A stretch of DNA of 64,000 nucleotides from Bdellovibrionales bacterium. GTDB taxonomy: Bacteria; Bdellovibrionota; Bdellovibrionia; Bdellovibrionales; UBA1609. The stretch is from positions 2,304,001 through 2,368,000 of the forward strand of contig OZ241329.1 of NCBI GenBank assembly GCA_965199825.1, given 5' to 3'. Shown here in pieces: positions 10,074-19,908 of the stretch. Made by a program: the position numbers and the translations under genes. The first letter of the stretch is position 1, and every line of letters begins with the position of its first letter. The notes below the pieces were generated by a model. It worked only from the letters and a program-made list of their open reading frames with translations. It was not told where the DNA came from and made no database searches.

Positions 10074-13000
10074 TTGGTAAAGAGTCGGTGGTTGTTTATT
10101 TTTCTGATCTTACTGAGCGCTTGCGTAAAGGGCCAAAAACAAAATCAAAATCAGGGCGAGAGCGTTCAAACTCAATCGGCGGTGTCGACTTTTTATCATG
10201 ACCGCTCTGTGGTCGGTGAATCCAAACGGGGAGAGATGAGTGCGTGGGACACTCCGATCACAAAAATCTTTCGCTTTACAGTTTGCTTTAAAGATCGCTC
10301 GACAAAAAGTGCGCTGCTCAATCAGCCGTTGATTGTCAGTGATGAACAAGGAAAACAAGTTTCAACCCCAGATTCGATGACCGATAACAGTGGCTGCCTC
10401 ATGTGGAATGACAGCATTGCTTATAATTATTTTGCCGATAGCAAATATGTTGAAATCTTTCGCACCGTTCGGGGCAAAGGGAGCATCCACCGCGGCGAGG
10501 TGCGACTCAAACTGTGTATTGATCCCTGGGCCGAGCAAGATGGAATAAAAGACGAGGTGCTCGATTGCGGCATAGTGCAACCACCGACAGAATATGAGGT
10601 CGACCGCAGTCATTCTCCTTCGGCCTTTGCGGGAATGCGTAATGATCAAACAATGCCAAAAGATATTCAACTGTGGCTTGAAAATCCGAGGCTCACTTTA
10701 GCTTCAACCACAATTTCGGCAGATCGAGCTAAACTTCATTCCATCCTTCATTTTAAACCCGGATTTATAAAGAAGTTGATCAATGGATCGCGCTCCAATT
10801 TTATTCCATTACCCCGTGGAAGATTTCAGATCACTCCTTACTTAATAACAAAACAGACTGTCGAAGATCAAAGCCAATCCAGCGTGACTGCGGCCTCCAA
10901 ACCTTTAATGCCAAAAACTTTTGCCAATTCCGATTTTGTCGAGAGCTTTGATTTTATTCCACCCACTCTCGCCCAAATTTGTGAACAGCAATTTGCCCTT
11001 CGTGTTGATCCCATAGGCGCTCCCCAAGGCCATTTGAGATCTGCCGATTTTATTTTTCATATGGGGGATTGCAGTCATTGGACATTTAACGATGCTCTTT
11101 TAAAACTCGATGATGAAGTGCAACAAAAGCTTACCGATGTTTTTGAAGATCAGAGTTTTCGTCAAACAGGAGTTTTACCAAAGTCGATATATTTTCTTGA
11201 TCAATTTCAGCAGGCCTTGGGTGATGAAAAAATAAATAAAACCGATCAATCGATGAATGGGCAAATTCCCAACCGACAATTTTTGTTTGAGCCCTTATTT
11301 GTCCGCTTTGATAGCATTTCACGTGGCGAAACCGCAACCCATCGCACCTTGGTTTTTACCGCCAGCACCTGCGTTCATAATGCGTTCAATCGGCAACGTT
11401 TGGGTAATTTTCATTTTGATGTTTATAAGATTTTACTCGATCCGGCTGGAAATAAAATCGGTGAAGAAAAATTGAACGACCGATTCAATAACGGAAAGCC
11501 CTATTCCACCGATGACATCAACGGATGTGTGACATGGAAAGATTCAATCGATCACGAATATTATGTGCGCGAACATTATTTTCAAAATGTGTATGAGCTT
11601 CGTCATGTTGGCAGTGATTATTCAAAATCGACCACGCCCGAGGAGCGACGGCTCACTGCTGTGATCAATCCATGGGATTATGGTTTTACATTTGGCCGTG
11701 ATATTTCTTACGCGGGTGGCAAATGGGCGGTCGAGGCACAAGAAAAAATGGTCAAGGATAAGCCGGCTTCGCGTTTGGTTATTTATAGTTTCAAATACGA
11801 AACCATTGTGTTTCGATATGAAATTGATAAGCACATGAATTTAAAAGTACAAAAAAATGTGCTGCTTCGAATTGAGCCGCAGGTGATTCGCATGCATAGC
11901 ATCGTGAGTGGGCGTCAACAAAGTCATGAGTCTTTGCGCAATGGCTATTACCTTTTAAAAACCGCACTTCAAAAATATTATGACGACCGCGGAATCGTGC
12001 GCGAATACTTGGACACCTTTCAAAAAATAGTTCAAGTGCAAGGCGGGGTAATTGTTGCCCCCACCAAGTTTTCGGTTTCGGACTTAAGACTGATGCGAGT
12101 CAGAAACAATATGCTGATTGAACTTCAACCCGTCGACGAGCGAGCACTGTGTGATTATAGTTTTCGGCATGATAACCCGGAAAAAATCTCTTGGAGCGAG
12201 GATCGTTTAAGAGCCGAATCTGAAATGGCATGCTCGATCGTTGATCTCACAAAGCAGCTCACCATGCCGCCCGAAGATCAGCTAGATCAGTACATCCTAA
12301 AGGCTGAGCAAACGGGGCTTGAACCGCGGACGTTTGTGGGACCCGTAACACCTCAATCAAATTCATTTAGTTCAAATATGTGGCCAACCGATAGTCTTGA
12401 TGAGTCGGATTGCACCACCGAAACAGTTTGCCGAGAGATTCGCCATGAGAGTGAGTATTGGGTAAAAGAACACCGAAAAAACGCCAATCCCGAAAATGAT
12501 CCCAATCATGTTTTAAGGCAGCACGTTTATGGTGATTTTCAAAAGTTTTTTGAATCCTCCACCATGCGGCCACTCAAAGGCACAACTGTCACAAGCTTAG
12601 TTCAAGATCAAAAGTTGCGTTATAATGAAATCTCTCGGGTGCAGCGACAGCTGGATGCCTCAATTTTTTCGGTAGCCCAAAATCTAAATCTTGAATACAT
12701 GCAGATTCTTCATCCTGAGACGATTGATGAACGGCTTTATCATTTGCCCCTTTCGCTGATTAATCGGGCTCTTCCTACCGAAGATCTTTTTAACAATTTT
12801 TTAAAATCATTAAATTCTCAAACAATTAGCGAGGGGATGTTGTGGGGCAAAAAAAATATTCCTCCGCTTGATCAAACTGATTTTGTTGAATTTTTTAAAA
12901 TAGGGCAAATGAGCAAAAGCTTAAGTCTTAGGTTGTGTCATTATTGGTTTCATGAATTTCTGCCGCTCCAATTAAAAATGAAACCTGCTGAGTTTTACGC

Positions 13001-14420
13001 CACCTCCCGAGATCTTGACCGAATTGATCGCGCTTGCAAAAATAATTTTGATTTAGGTGATGTGGCTTACCGCAATGGAATTTTTGCGGTCGACCAAAGA
13101 CTCAAAGTAGATGAAGTTGGTGATTATGGATTTGAAAAGGGAATGTCGATCAACATTAGTCTGAATGCCGACAAGCGCCGCTCGATGAATCAAGATTTTA
13201 AGCGGACCACATCGCTCCATCTTAAATTACCCACTCGGCTCCCTGTCCTTCCGTCGCTGGCACCTGCGGCAATGGCCTACAATGTGATTGCCGAAGAGAT
13301 CAATCAGTTCACCAATTTCTTGCAAGGCAATATCGTCTCGCTCACTCGTGGTCAAAGCAGCAGCTTAGCCGGTGGACACTCGGCTTCGGTTCAAACCACA
13401 CTTGCGGTGCAGATCGCCAAATTTAATGTCACTCTCAATAAGTATGAGGCTTGCAAAACCATTGGGCTTCGTCCTGAATTTATTCAGGAAACCATTCAGT
13501 TTTTCCATACGCTTTCGCCAAAAATATCCGATGACTTAGCTTTAGATTTGGCAACCCGCGGAATTCTTCTTTGCACCGGAGAGCCGATCACCGATCGACC
13601 AAAAACCTTGCGCGAAAATTATTACTACGTTTCACAAAATTTTGCCGAAGGCGACATGATGGATGTGGGCAATCTTAAAACTCATCCATGGTTACTTCAA
13701 ATTCGTGGCTATCAGGACTTTGCAAAGTTTATGACCTTGGTGGTCGAAAAAACAGATCTCTTAAGTACCGAACGCATTCGAATGGCTCGGCAGCGGATTG
13801 AGGAAGCCGAAGCCGTCGACTATGAGCCATTGGGTATCAAATCCGGTCATCACCGTTCAGAACCCGAGGGTGTGGTCTTACAATCCACAAAGGGAGAGGA
13901 TCCGCTGGATATGACAGTCCCGGTTGAGGCGCGTGGGGTTGCCCAACTTGAGCAAAAAGTGCGGTTAGGCCTTGATCCGTTGCAGCTCGATTTAAAGCAG
14001 CAGACCATCCAAAAAAATAATCAAGCGCGCACCGAGTACGAAAAATTATATAATGAATATAAACAAAACCATATGATTCAACTCGACGCGGCTCCTGATT
14101 ATGTCGATCGGCAAAATGAGTCGGTCGAAGATCAGCGTCAGCGGGTCAGAAAAATGACCAAATATTCGGCCAAAAATGCGGTTCAGTTTTGGGCGGGATC
14201 AAAATCAGAAGCCGATCGCAGGTGGCGCCTTCGCGATGTCCGTATGCTTGGTGTCAATCCCAACATTGTAGGGAATTTATTTAATCCGATCAGCTACGAA
14301 GGCTTTGATAAAGAACTCAAAGACTATCCCTTATTAAAATTGGGCGAAATCTATTCGGGCACACCACCGTCGTCTCCCGGATTTATTACGGTCACCGAAG
14401 ACAGTATTAAGATTGATTGA
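10074..14420 (+). CDS. Giant Cys-rich lipoprotein of unknown function, paralog 2
   Basis: ORF opens at 9927; the likely start is TTG 10074 after AAGGGGG, giving MVKSRWLFIFLILLSAC (lipobox); homologous to 1151-5674. Confidence 0.8.
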   Translation: MVKSRWLFIFLILLSACVKGQKQNQNQGESVQTQSAVSTFYHDRSVVGESKRGEMSAWDTPITKIFRFTVCFKDRSTKSALLNQPLIVSDEQGKQVSTPDSMTDNSGCLMWNDSIAYNYFADSKYVEIFRTVRGKGSIHRGEVRLKLCIDPWAEQDGIKDEVLDCGIVQPPTEYEVDRSHSPSAFAGMRNDQTMPKDIQLWLENPRLTLASTTISADRAKLHSILHFKPGFIKKLINGSRSNFIPLPRGRFQITPYLITKQTVEDQSQSSVTAASKPLMPKTFANSDFVESFDFIPPTLAQICEQQFALRVDPIGAPQGHLRSADFIFHMGDCSHWTFNDALLKLDDEVQQKLTDVFEDQSFRQTGVLPKSIYFLDQFQQALGDEKINKTDQSMNGQIPNRQFLFEPLFVRFDSISRGETATHRTLVFTASTCVHNAFNRQRLGNFHFDVYKILLDPAGNKIGEEKLNDRFNNGKPYSTDDINGCVTWKDSIDHEYYVREHYFQNVYELRHVGSDYSKSTTPEERRLTAVINPWDYGFTFGRDISYAGGKWAVEAQEKMVKDKPASRLVIYSFKYETIVFRYEIDKHMNLKVQKNVLLRIEPQVIRMHSIVSGRQQSHESLRNGYYLLKTALQKYYDDRGIVREYLDTFQKIVQVQGGVIVAPTKFSVSDLRLMRVRNNMLIELQPVDERALCDYSFRHDNPEKISWSEDRLRAESEMACSIVDLTKQLTMPPEDQLDQYILKAEQTGLEPRTFVGPVTPQSNSFSSNMWPTDSLDESDCTTETVCREIRHESEYWVKEHRKNANPENDPNHVLRQHVYGDFQKFFESSTMRPLKGTTVTSLVQDQKLRYNEISRVQRQLDASIFSVAQNLNLEYMQILHPETIDERLYHLPLSLINRALPTEDLFNNFLKSLNSQTISEGMLWGKKNIPPLDQTDFVEFFKIGQMSKSLSLRLCHYWFHEFLPLQLKMKPAEFYATSRDLDRIDRACKNNFDLGDVAYRNGIFAVDQRLKVDEVGDYGFEKGMSINISLNADKRRSMNQDFKRTTSLHLKLPTRLPVLPSLAPAAMAYNVIAEEINQFTNFLQGNIVSLTRGQSSSLAGGHSASVQTTLAVQIAKFNVTLNKYEACKTIGLRPEFIQETIQFFHTLSPKISDDLALDLATRGILLCTGEPITDRPKTLRENYYYVSQNFAEGDMMDVGNLKTHPWLLQIRGYQDFAKFMTLVVEKTDLLSTERIRMARQRIEEAEAVDYEPLGIKSGHHRSEPEGVVLQSTKGEDPLDMTVPVEARGVAQLEQKVRLGLDPLQLDLKQQTIQKNNQARTEYEKLYNEYKQNHMIQLDAAPDYVDRQNESVEDQRQRVRKMTKYSAKNAVQFWAGSKSEADRRWRLRDVRMLGVNPNIVGNLFNPISYEGFDKELKDYPLLKLGEIYSGTPPSSPGFITVTEDSIKID

Positions 14421-17400
14421 TCACCAAAAATATTGTGTGGGCTCGATTTTGAGATCGCTTGCTTGATCTTCCCAAATGGGTTTGATCGATTGAACAATCA
14501 GACTTACCGAAGTTCCTTCGTATTCGATTCTTCCTTTTACAATCAAGAAACAGTGAAACAAAAAAACCGATTGGAATTTTTCAAAAATTTTAGGGAATAA
14601 AACCAAATCGATAAATCCGGTCTCATCTTCGAGCACACTAAAGCAAACCCCATTTGCGGTGGGCGGGCGTTGACGAATTAAGATGAGCCCTGCGGTTTCA
14701 ACGTAAGTTCCGGGACGTTGGCTTCGCGCTTGTGAAGTGGTGAACGAAGGTAAAGGCTTAACTTCTCTTAAGGCTTTCATCGGATGGCCAGTGGAAGACA
14801 CATTATAGGCTTCGTATTCTGATTTGATCACCTCATAATGATCTAAGCTTTGAAAGAGCTGGCGATGACTTGACGATTGAAGGCCTGAGAATAAATCCAA
14901 CTGATTTTTTTCTAGCGACACCCGGTCGTGGAGAATGCTCCACAAGGTGTGGCGCTGATCTAATCCAAAGCTTGAAAAAAACTGGGCCATCGCCAAGCGC
15001 TGAAGAATTTCTGGGCTTAATGGAACCTTGGCTAAAAAATCAGCAACACTTTTAAATGGCCTTTTGGATAAAATAAGATCGGCATGCTTTTGAAAAAGCC
15101 CATTGATCAAACGTAAACCCAACCGCAATTTATTATTTTCTAAAGTGCAATCCCACTCCGACAAATTGGGATCTAAGGGTAAAACCTCAACCCCATGTCG
15201 TTTGGCATCGTCGATCAAAGTGTGTGCGGCATAAAATCCCATCGGTTGCGAATTTAAAAGTCCACAGGCAAAGGCCAAAGGATAGTGGCACTTAAGATAA
15301 CACGAGGCATAGCTCAGCAAAGCAAATGAAGCCGCATGGCTTTCGGGAAAACCGTAATGGGCGAAGCCTTTCATGTGCTCTAAAATTTCAAAAGCATATT
15401 GATCGGGAATTCCATTGTTTTTTAATCCTAACAGTAATCGCTCGGCCACTTTTTGGATTGATCCACTTGATCTCCACGCCCCAATGGCTCTACGCAATTC
15501 ATCGGCCTCGCCAGGCGAAAAATTTCCGAGTTCAATTGCAATCTTCATCAATTGCTCTTGAAAGATGGGCACACCCAATGTGCGCGATAAAATTTCTTTT
15601 AGTTTTGGATGCGGGTAGTGGGGCTGAATATTTTTTTGCTTACGATCAAGGTACGGATGAACCATATTTCCCACAATAGGGCCTGGTCGAACAATCGCAA
15701 TTTGAACCACAATTTCATAAAAAGTTTTGGGCTTTAAACGGCCCGACATATTCATCTGAGCCCGAGACTCCACCTGAAATGTACCCACCGTATCGGCGCG
15801 CCCAATCATCTCGTAAGTTTTTTTGTCTTCTGCAGGAATTTGATAAAGCTCAAGGTTGACACTCTCCAAAGTTTTTCTCAAAGCCGAAAGCATGCCTAAA
15901 CTTAAAACGTCTATTTTGAGCAGCCCTAAATAATCAAGATCGTACTTGTCCCATTGAATGATGGTTCGGTTTTCCATGCGGGCCGGCTCAACCGGAACAA
16001 TTTCGATCAACGGATCTGCAGAAAGGGTAAAGCCACCACTGTGGATCGACAAATGGCGAGGAAAGCCGTCCATCTCTTGAGCCAGAGCCTCAATTTTTTG
16101 GCGACAGTTTGGAATAGGACTGTGCTTGCTTAAGGTCTCAAAATCTTGGATTACTTTTTTGGCCGAAAGTGTTCCCACCTGAACACCAAAAACTTTTGAT
16201 AGTTCTCGAAAAGCCGAGCGCTTTTGATAAGTAACAACCGCACTGACCATCGCCGCACGATCGCGCCCATATTTTTGATAAATATACTGGATCACTTCTT
16301 CACGCCGCTCGTGTTCAAAATCCACATCAATATCAGGAGGCTCATTGCGCTCGACCGAAACAAATCGCTCAAAAAGTAAATTCATTCTGACTGGATCAAT
16401 TGCGGTAATCCCTAAACAATAGCACACCACCGAATTTGCGGCCGAGCCGCGCCCCTGACATAAAATTCCTTTTTGGCGAGCAAAGGCAACGATGTCATAA
16501 ATTGTCAAAAAATAATCGGCAAACTGAAGTTGCTGAATCAAAGCAAATTCGTAGTGCAATTGTTTTTTTACATTTTCAGGAATGTTTTTGTTGTAGCGCG
16601 TTTGAGCCCCTTTCCAACTGACCTCCTCAAGATACGACTGAGCACTATGAGGTTTTGGAATCCATTCGGAGGGATAGCGGTAACGCAACTCACTGGGCGA
16701 AAAAGTGCAGGCTTCCGCAATTTCTGCAGAAGCCTTAATGGCCTCTGGCCAATCCCTAAAAAGGCTCATCATTTCAAAAGGTGATTTTAGACAGCGCTCA
16801 GAATTGGGCTCAAGCAAATAGCCCGCATCATGAACACAGACCCCTTCGCGAATAGCCACAAGAGAATCTTGTAAAGGTTTGCGATGACGGGAGTGATAGA
16901 GCACATCATTACAAGCCACCACACGCACACCGTGATAGGCCTCAATTTTTTTTGCCAAAAGAGTGCGGCGGTCGTCATGACCATCTTGAAAACGGCTTAA
17001 ACTTGCAAACAGCTGAGTCGAAAATAACTTTTTTAAAACCAAAAAGTCAGCATCTAATGGAGCTAAACAAAAAATATTTTTAAGATCAAAATTTTTAAAA
17101 TTTGTGATTTCAAAGGTGGCCTTACCTTTTTCTTTTCCCGCATGAGCTTCGGTGATGATGCGGCAAAGTTGACCATAGCCCGCGCGGTTTTTGGCAAGCA
17201 AAGTCAGAGGGGCGTGATCGGTAATTGTGAGCTCAGCCCCAACTATCAATTTAAAATTTTCATTTTTTGAAGCCCAATAGGCTTTGGGTATGGCGTAAAC
17301 ACCGTTTGTGTCGGTGATCGCCAAATTTGTAAGACCAATATCCAAAGCTTGGGCAATCAGTTCCTCGGGTTGTGAGGCGCCATTCAAAAAAGAGTAATGG

Positions 17401-17426
17401 GTTTTACATTTGAGTTCGGCGTACAT
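14421..17426 (-). CDS. dnaE2: Error-prone DNA polymerase III alpha (DnaE2/ImuC)
   Basis: PHP N-terminus (HYSFLNGAS), CQGRGSAANS, PPDIDVDFEH, YGFPESHAASFA, C-terminal RQRPPTANG OB fold. Confidence 0.95.
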   Translation of the reverse strand: MYAELKCKTHYSFLNGASQPEELIAQALDIGLTNLAITDTNGVYAIPKAYWASKNENFKLIVGAELTITDHAPLTLLAKNRAGYGQLCRIITEAHAGKEKGKATFEITNFKNFDLKNIFCLAPLDADFLVLKKLFSTQLFASLSRFQDGHDDRRTLLAKKIEAYHGVRVVACNDVLYHSRHRKPLQDSLVAIREGVCVHDAGYLLEPNSERCLKSPFEMMSLFRDWPEAIKASAEIAEACTFSPSELRYRYPSEWIPKPHSAQSYLEEVSWKGAQTRYNKNIPENVKKQLHYEFALIQQLQFADYFLTIYDIVAFARQKGILCQGRGSAANSVVCYCLGITAIDPVRMNLLFERFVSVERNEPPDIDVDFEHERREEVIQYIYQKYGRDRAAMVSAVVTYQKRSAFRELSKVFGVQVGTLSAKKVIQDFETLSKHSPIPNCRQKIEALAQEMDGFPRHLSIHSGGFTLSADPLIEIVPVEPARMENRTIIQWDKYDLDYLGLLKIDVLSLGMLSALRKTLESVNLELYQIPAEDKKTYEMIGRADTVGTFQVESRAQMNMSGRLKPKTFYEIVVQIAIVRPGPIVGNMVHPYLDRKQKNIQPHYPHPKLKEILSRTLGVPIFQEQLMKIAIELGNFSPGEADELRRAIGAWRSSGSIQKVAERLLLGLKNNGIPDQYAFEILEHMKGFAHYGFPESHAASFALLSYASCYLKCHYPLAFACGLLNSQPMGFYAAHTLIDDAKRHGVEVLPLDPNLSEWDCTLENNKLRLGLRLINGLFQKHADLILSKRPFKSVADFLAKVPLSPEILQRLAMAQFFSSFGLDQRHTLWSILHDRVSLEKNQLDLFSGLQSSSHRQLFQSLDHYEVIKSEYEAYNVSSTGHPMKALREVKPLPSFTTSQARSQRPGTYVETAGLILIRQRPPTANGVCFSVLEDETGFIDLVLFPKIFEKFQSVFLFHCFLIVKGRIEYEGTSVSLIVQSIKPIWEDQASDLKIEPTQYFW

Positions 17427-18682
17427 TAATCAAAAATTCCATGTAAAAAATAAGTTTCGCCGGCTTTAAAAACCCACAGTTCTTCATGGGTATCGGTTTT
17501 AAGGCGATAGTATTCGCGCGATTGATCCATGCACCACCATTCGCCGGTGATTTTTTCGGGCCCCTTTTTTTCGACCACTTTCCATTTGTGGTGACGCCAA
17601 CAAAAAGCTTCTTCTGAAATTTTTAATTCCAAAGGATATTTCATGAGTCGAGTGGGTCTTTGAGGCAGCGAAGATTTAAGGCTTTGGCTAAAGTCCAAGG
17701 TTTTGGTCCAAGACTTTTCGGGCAAATAACTTTCTAACGGAGAAGCCAAAAACACATTCTCCAATCCGAGGCGTTCGGTCAGGCGCACGATCAGGGCTTT
17801 TACATTTTCGGCCGCTTCTTCTTTTTTAGAAAAAAAATCTTTTTGGCGAAATTCTCCAGGCACAGTGGACAAAACCTCAATTTCAACTTCACACAAATCC
17901 GACTCTAACGGTGTTGATTGAAGTTCGCGGCTCAAGCGCTCTTTGACCACAGCAATCAAATCGGGAACCGAATTTTGGGCAAAGGCCAGATCAAAATGCC
18001 ACCGGCGAGAGGTGTCTTTAACGGTCGAGTATTTTTCGATCTGAATTTTAAGATCAAAACTCATCAGTACATGCCCACGGCCGCTTAATCTTAAAATCAC
18101 ATGGTCAAAAAGTTTTTTAAGATAAAAAAGCAAAGGCTCGATCGATAAGCATCTCGTCTCTTCAAAAGCCAACGACTCAACAATTTTTTCGGGCGGCTGA
18201 AATTGCCGCCATGGAATCTGAATTTCATTTTCATAAACACAAAACGCGGTCCAAACATGTTTTCCAAAACGAGCCGGAATGCTCAATCGCGGAAGCAATT
18301 TTAAATCGATCAAACTTTTTATATTTAATTTTTTTAAGGTTTGGATTGCCTTTGTAAGATCTTTTGATCGTTGAAGGGGGCTTGCATAAATCTGCAACGC
18401 CTCAATCGGCAAAAGTGCACGCTCGCGCTTGCCGAAATAAGCCAAACTCAGAGCTGTGGGAATATCATTTTCGATCGCAATTTTGGCATTGAGTCCAAAT
18501 TGCTGCAGCAAAAAATGAAGCCGCGATAAAAAAACAGATTCGCTATAAAGTTTGCGGCATGCCTCAATCTCTATAAATAGACATTGATCGCCAAACATAA
18601 TTTGTGGACTTAAAGTAAGGCAAGCCTCAGCAAACGAAGTCATTGGAAGGGTATCGCTAAAAAGAACGCACGCCACCTTCAT
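17426..18682 (-). CDS. imuB: ImuB, inactive Y-family polymerase-like protein
   Basis: Position in the cassette; C-terminal RPTRL...GPEKITGEWW...REYY...WVF...FLHGIFD signature. Confidence 0.85.
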   Translation of the reverse strand: MKVACVLFSDTLPMTSFAEACLTLSPQIMFGDQCLFIEIEACRKLYSESVFLSRLHFLLQQFGLNAKIAIENDIPTALSLAYFGKRERALLPIEALQIYASPLQRSKDLTKAIQTLKKLNIKSLIDLKLLPRLSIPARFGKHVWTAFCVYENEIQIPWRQFQPPEKIVESLAFEETRCLSIEPLLFYLKKLFDHVILRLSGRGHVLMSFDLKIQIEKYSTVKDTSRRWHFDLAFAQNSVPDLIAVVKERLSRELQSTPLESDLCEVEIEVLSTVPGEFRQKDFFSKKEEAAENVKALIVRLTERLGLENVFLASPLESYLPEKSWTKTLDFSQSLKSSLPQRPTRLMKYPLELKISEEAFCWRHHKWKVVEKKGPEKITGEWWCMDQSREYYRLKTDTHEELWVFKAGETYFLHGIFD

Positions 18683-18683
18683 C

Positions 18684-19199
18684 TTAAAATCTTTGCCTCA
18701 ACACAAAAGGTTGAAGACCCATCGCGGTTTTTTGGGTTTGGATTTGGAGGCTGACCGTCCACAGTGTGGGATGAGCAACAGTCAGCCAGATCAGCGCACA
18801 CTGTGATTTTTCGCTCGCCAACTGAAAGCGTCTTAAAGCCGAGGTCGAAATCGTTTCGGCATACACGACCACTACCGAAAAGGCCTGCGCCTTTAAAGCC
18901 TGCAGCACCGTCCATTCCAGAGCGTCTTTTGTTTCGGCAAATAAAACATTTTGCAGATTCAGATTGTGCTGCAAAAAACAAAATGGAAAAGCCGAAAAAC
19001 TCTTTTCAATCCACGCCACCTGAAAATCCGGATGTTCACTTAAAAACTGCAAAGCCAGTTTGGTTTTTCCAGAACCCGAAATCGCGGTGATTCCCCCTTT
19101 AGGAATTCCGGATTCGAGTTTGGAAAAAGACAAAAGCTCTTTTTTAATATGCGACTGCAGATAAACTTTTAATTCGGGAAGTGAGAGTGTTGCCATCAT
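18684..19199 (-). CDS. imuA: ImuA, short RecA-like protein
   Basis: GIPKGGITAISGSGKT Walker A-like motif, VAWIE, LRRFQLASE; lies between lexA and imuB. Confidence 0.8.
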   Translation of the reverse strand: MMATLSLPELKVYLQSHIKKELLSFSKLESGIPKGGITAISGSGKTKLALQFLSEHPDFQVAWIEKSFSAFPFCFLQHNLNLQNVLFAETKDALEWTVLQALKAQAFSVVVVYAETISTSALRRFQLASEKSQCALIWLTVAHPTLWTVSLQIQTQKTAMGLQPFVLRQRF

Positions 19200-19200
19200 T

Positions 19201-19815
19201 TTAAACTTTTCGAATCAAGCTCGTCATAATGCCCAGAATTTTAAAATCCGAATTTCTTTTCACTCGAATAATGTCGTAATTGGGATTTGCCGGATGAAGT
19301 TCAATGCCTGTCTTTTTTTGATAAAACTTCTTTATAGTGGCTTCGTTATCCACCATGGCCACGATGGTTTGCCCATTGCTCGCAATACTTTGCCGCTTAA
19401 TGATCACCATATCGCCATCCATAATGTAGTCGCCAATCATCGAGTCGCCTTTGACCTTGAGGGCAAAGTACTCGCTACTTTCGTTTGTTAAGAGGGCTCT
19501 CGGCACCTTAACGAATTCGCGCTGAGAGATGGCCTCGGTCAATCGTCCTGCGGCCACCTCGCCCTCGAGGCGAAGGGTAGCGATCTCGGTTGTGGTGTCA
19601 TCAACGAGCTCAAGGGCTCGTTTTTTACTTTGGCCTAAGGGCGCTTTGAGATGCCCTTTGTTTACAAGCTGCTCCACGAACTGCTGAATGGAGGAGGCTG
19701 ATTTATAATTAAACTTTATTTGGATTTCAGCATAAGTCGGAGGACGAAGGTGTCGCTCTGAGTAGTTCCGAATAAAGCCCAGGATTTTTTGTTCTTTGGG
19801 GGTGAGTTGCTTCAT
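19201..19815 (-). CDS. lexA: SOS repressor LexA
   Basis: LTPKEQKIL...PPTYAEI HTH, VAAG autocleavage site, VKGDSM catalytic Ser, TIKK catalytic Lys; start set at MKQLT. Confidence 0.95.
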   Translation of the reverse strand: MKQLTPKEQKILGFIRNYSERHLRPPTYAEIQIKFNYKSASSIQQFVEQLVNKGHLKAPLGQSKKRALELVDDTTTEIATLRLEGEVAAGRLTEAISQREFVKVPRALLTNESSEYFALKVKGDSMIGDYIMDGDMVIIKRQSIASNGQTIVAMVDNEATIKKFYQKKTGIELHPANPNYDIIRVKRNSDFKILGIMTSLIRKV

Positions 19816-19826
19816 AAAAAATAGAC

Positions 19827-19837
19827 GTACAATGTAC
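19827..19837. promoter_or_regulatory. Putative LexA operator GTAC-AAT-GTAC
   Basis: Palindrome 12-22 bp upstream of the lexA start; TAC-N3-GTA core resembles the TTAC-N3-GTAA box reported for B. bacteriovorus. Confidence 0.6.
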
Positions 19838-19879
19838 ATAACAGGAAATCACCCTAAAACTGGCCCCCTTGGCTGCATT

Positions 19880-19895
19880 TGGCTAAAGCTTTGCT
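19880..19895 (+). promoter_or_regulatory. Sigma-54 (-24/-12) promoter of transposase copy 1
   Basis: TGGC-TAAAGCT-TTGCT with exact GG-N10-GC spacing; conserved in copy 2. Confidence 0.65.
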
Positions 19896-19908
19896 CTACT
19901 CATTTATA

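Noticed and set aside
1151..14420. Paralog pair as a diversity-generating retroelement (TR/VR) or gene-conversion cassette
   Set aside because: Differences are mainly synonymous and involve all bases rather than being adenine-specific; no reverse transcriptase in the window
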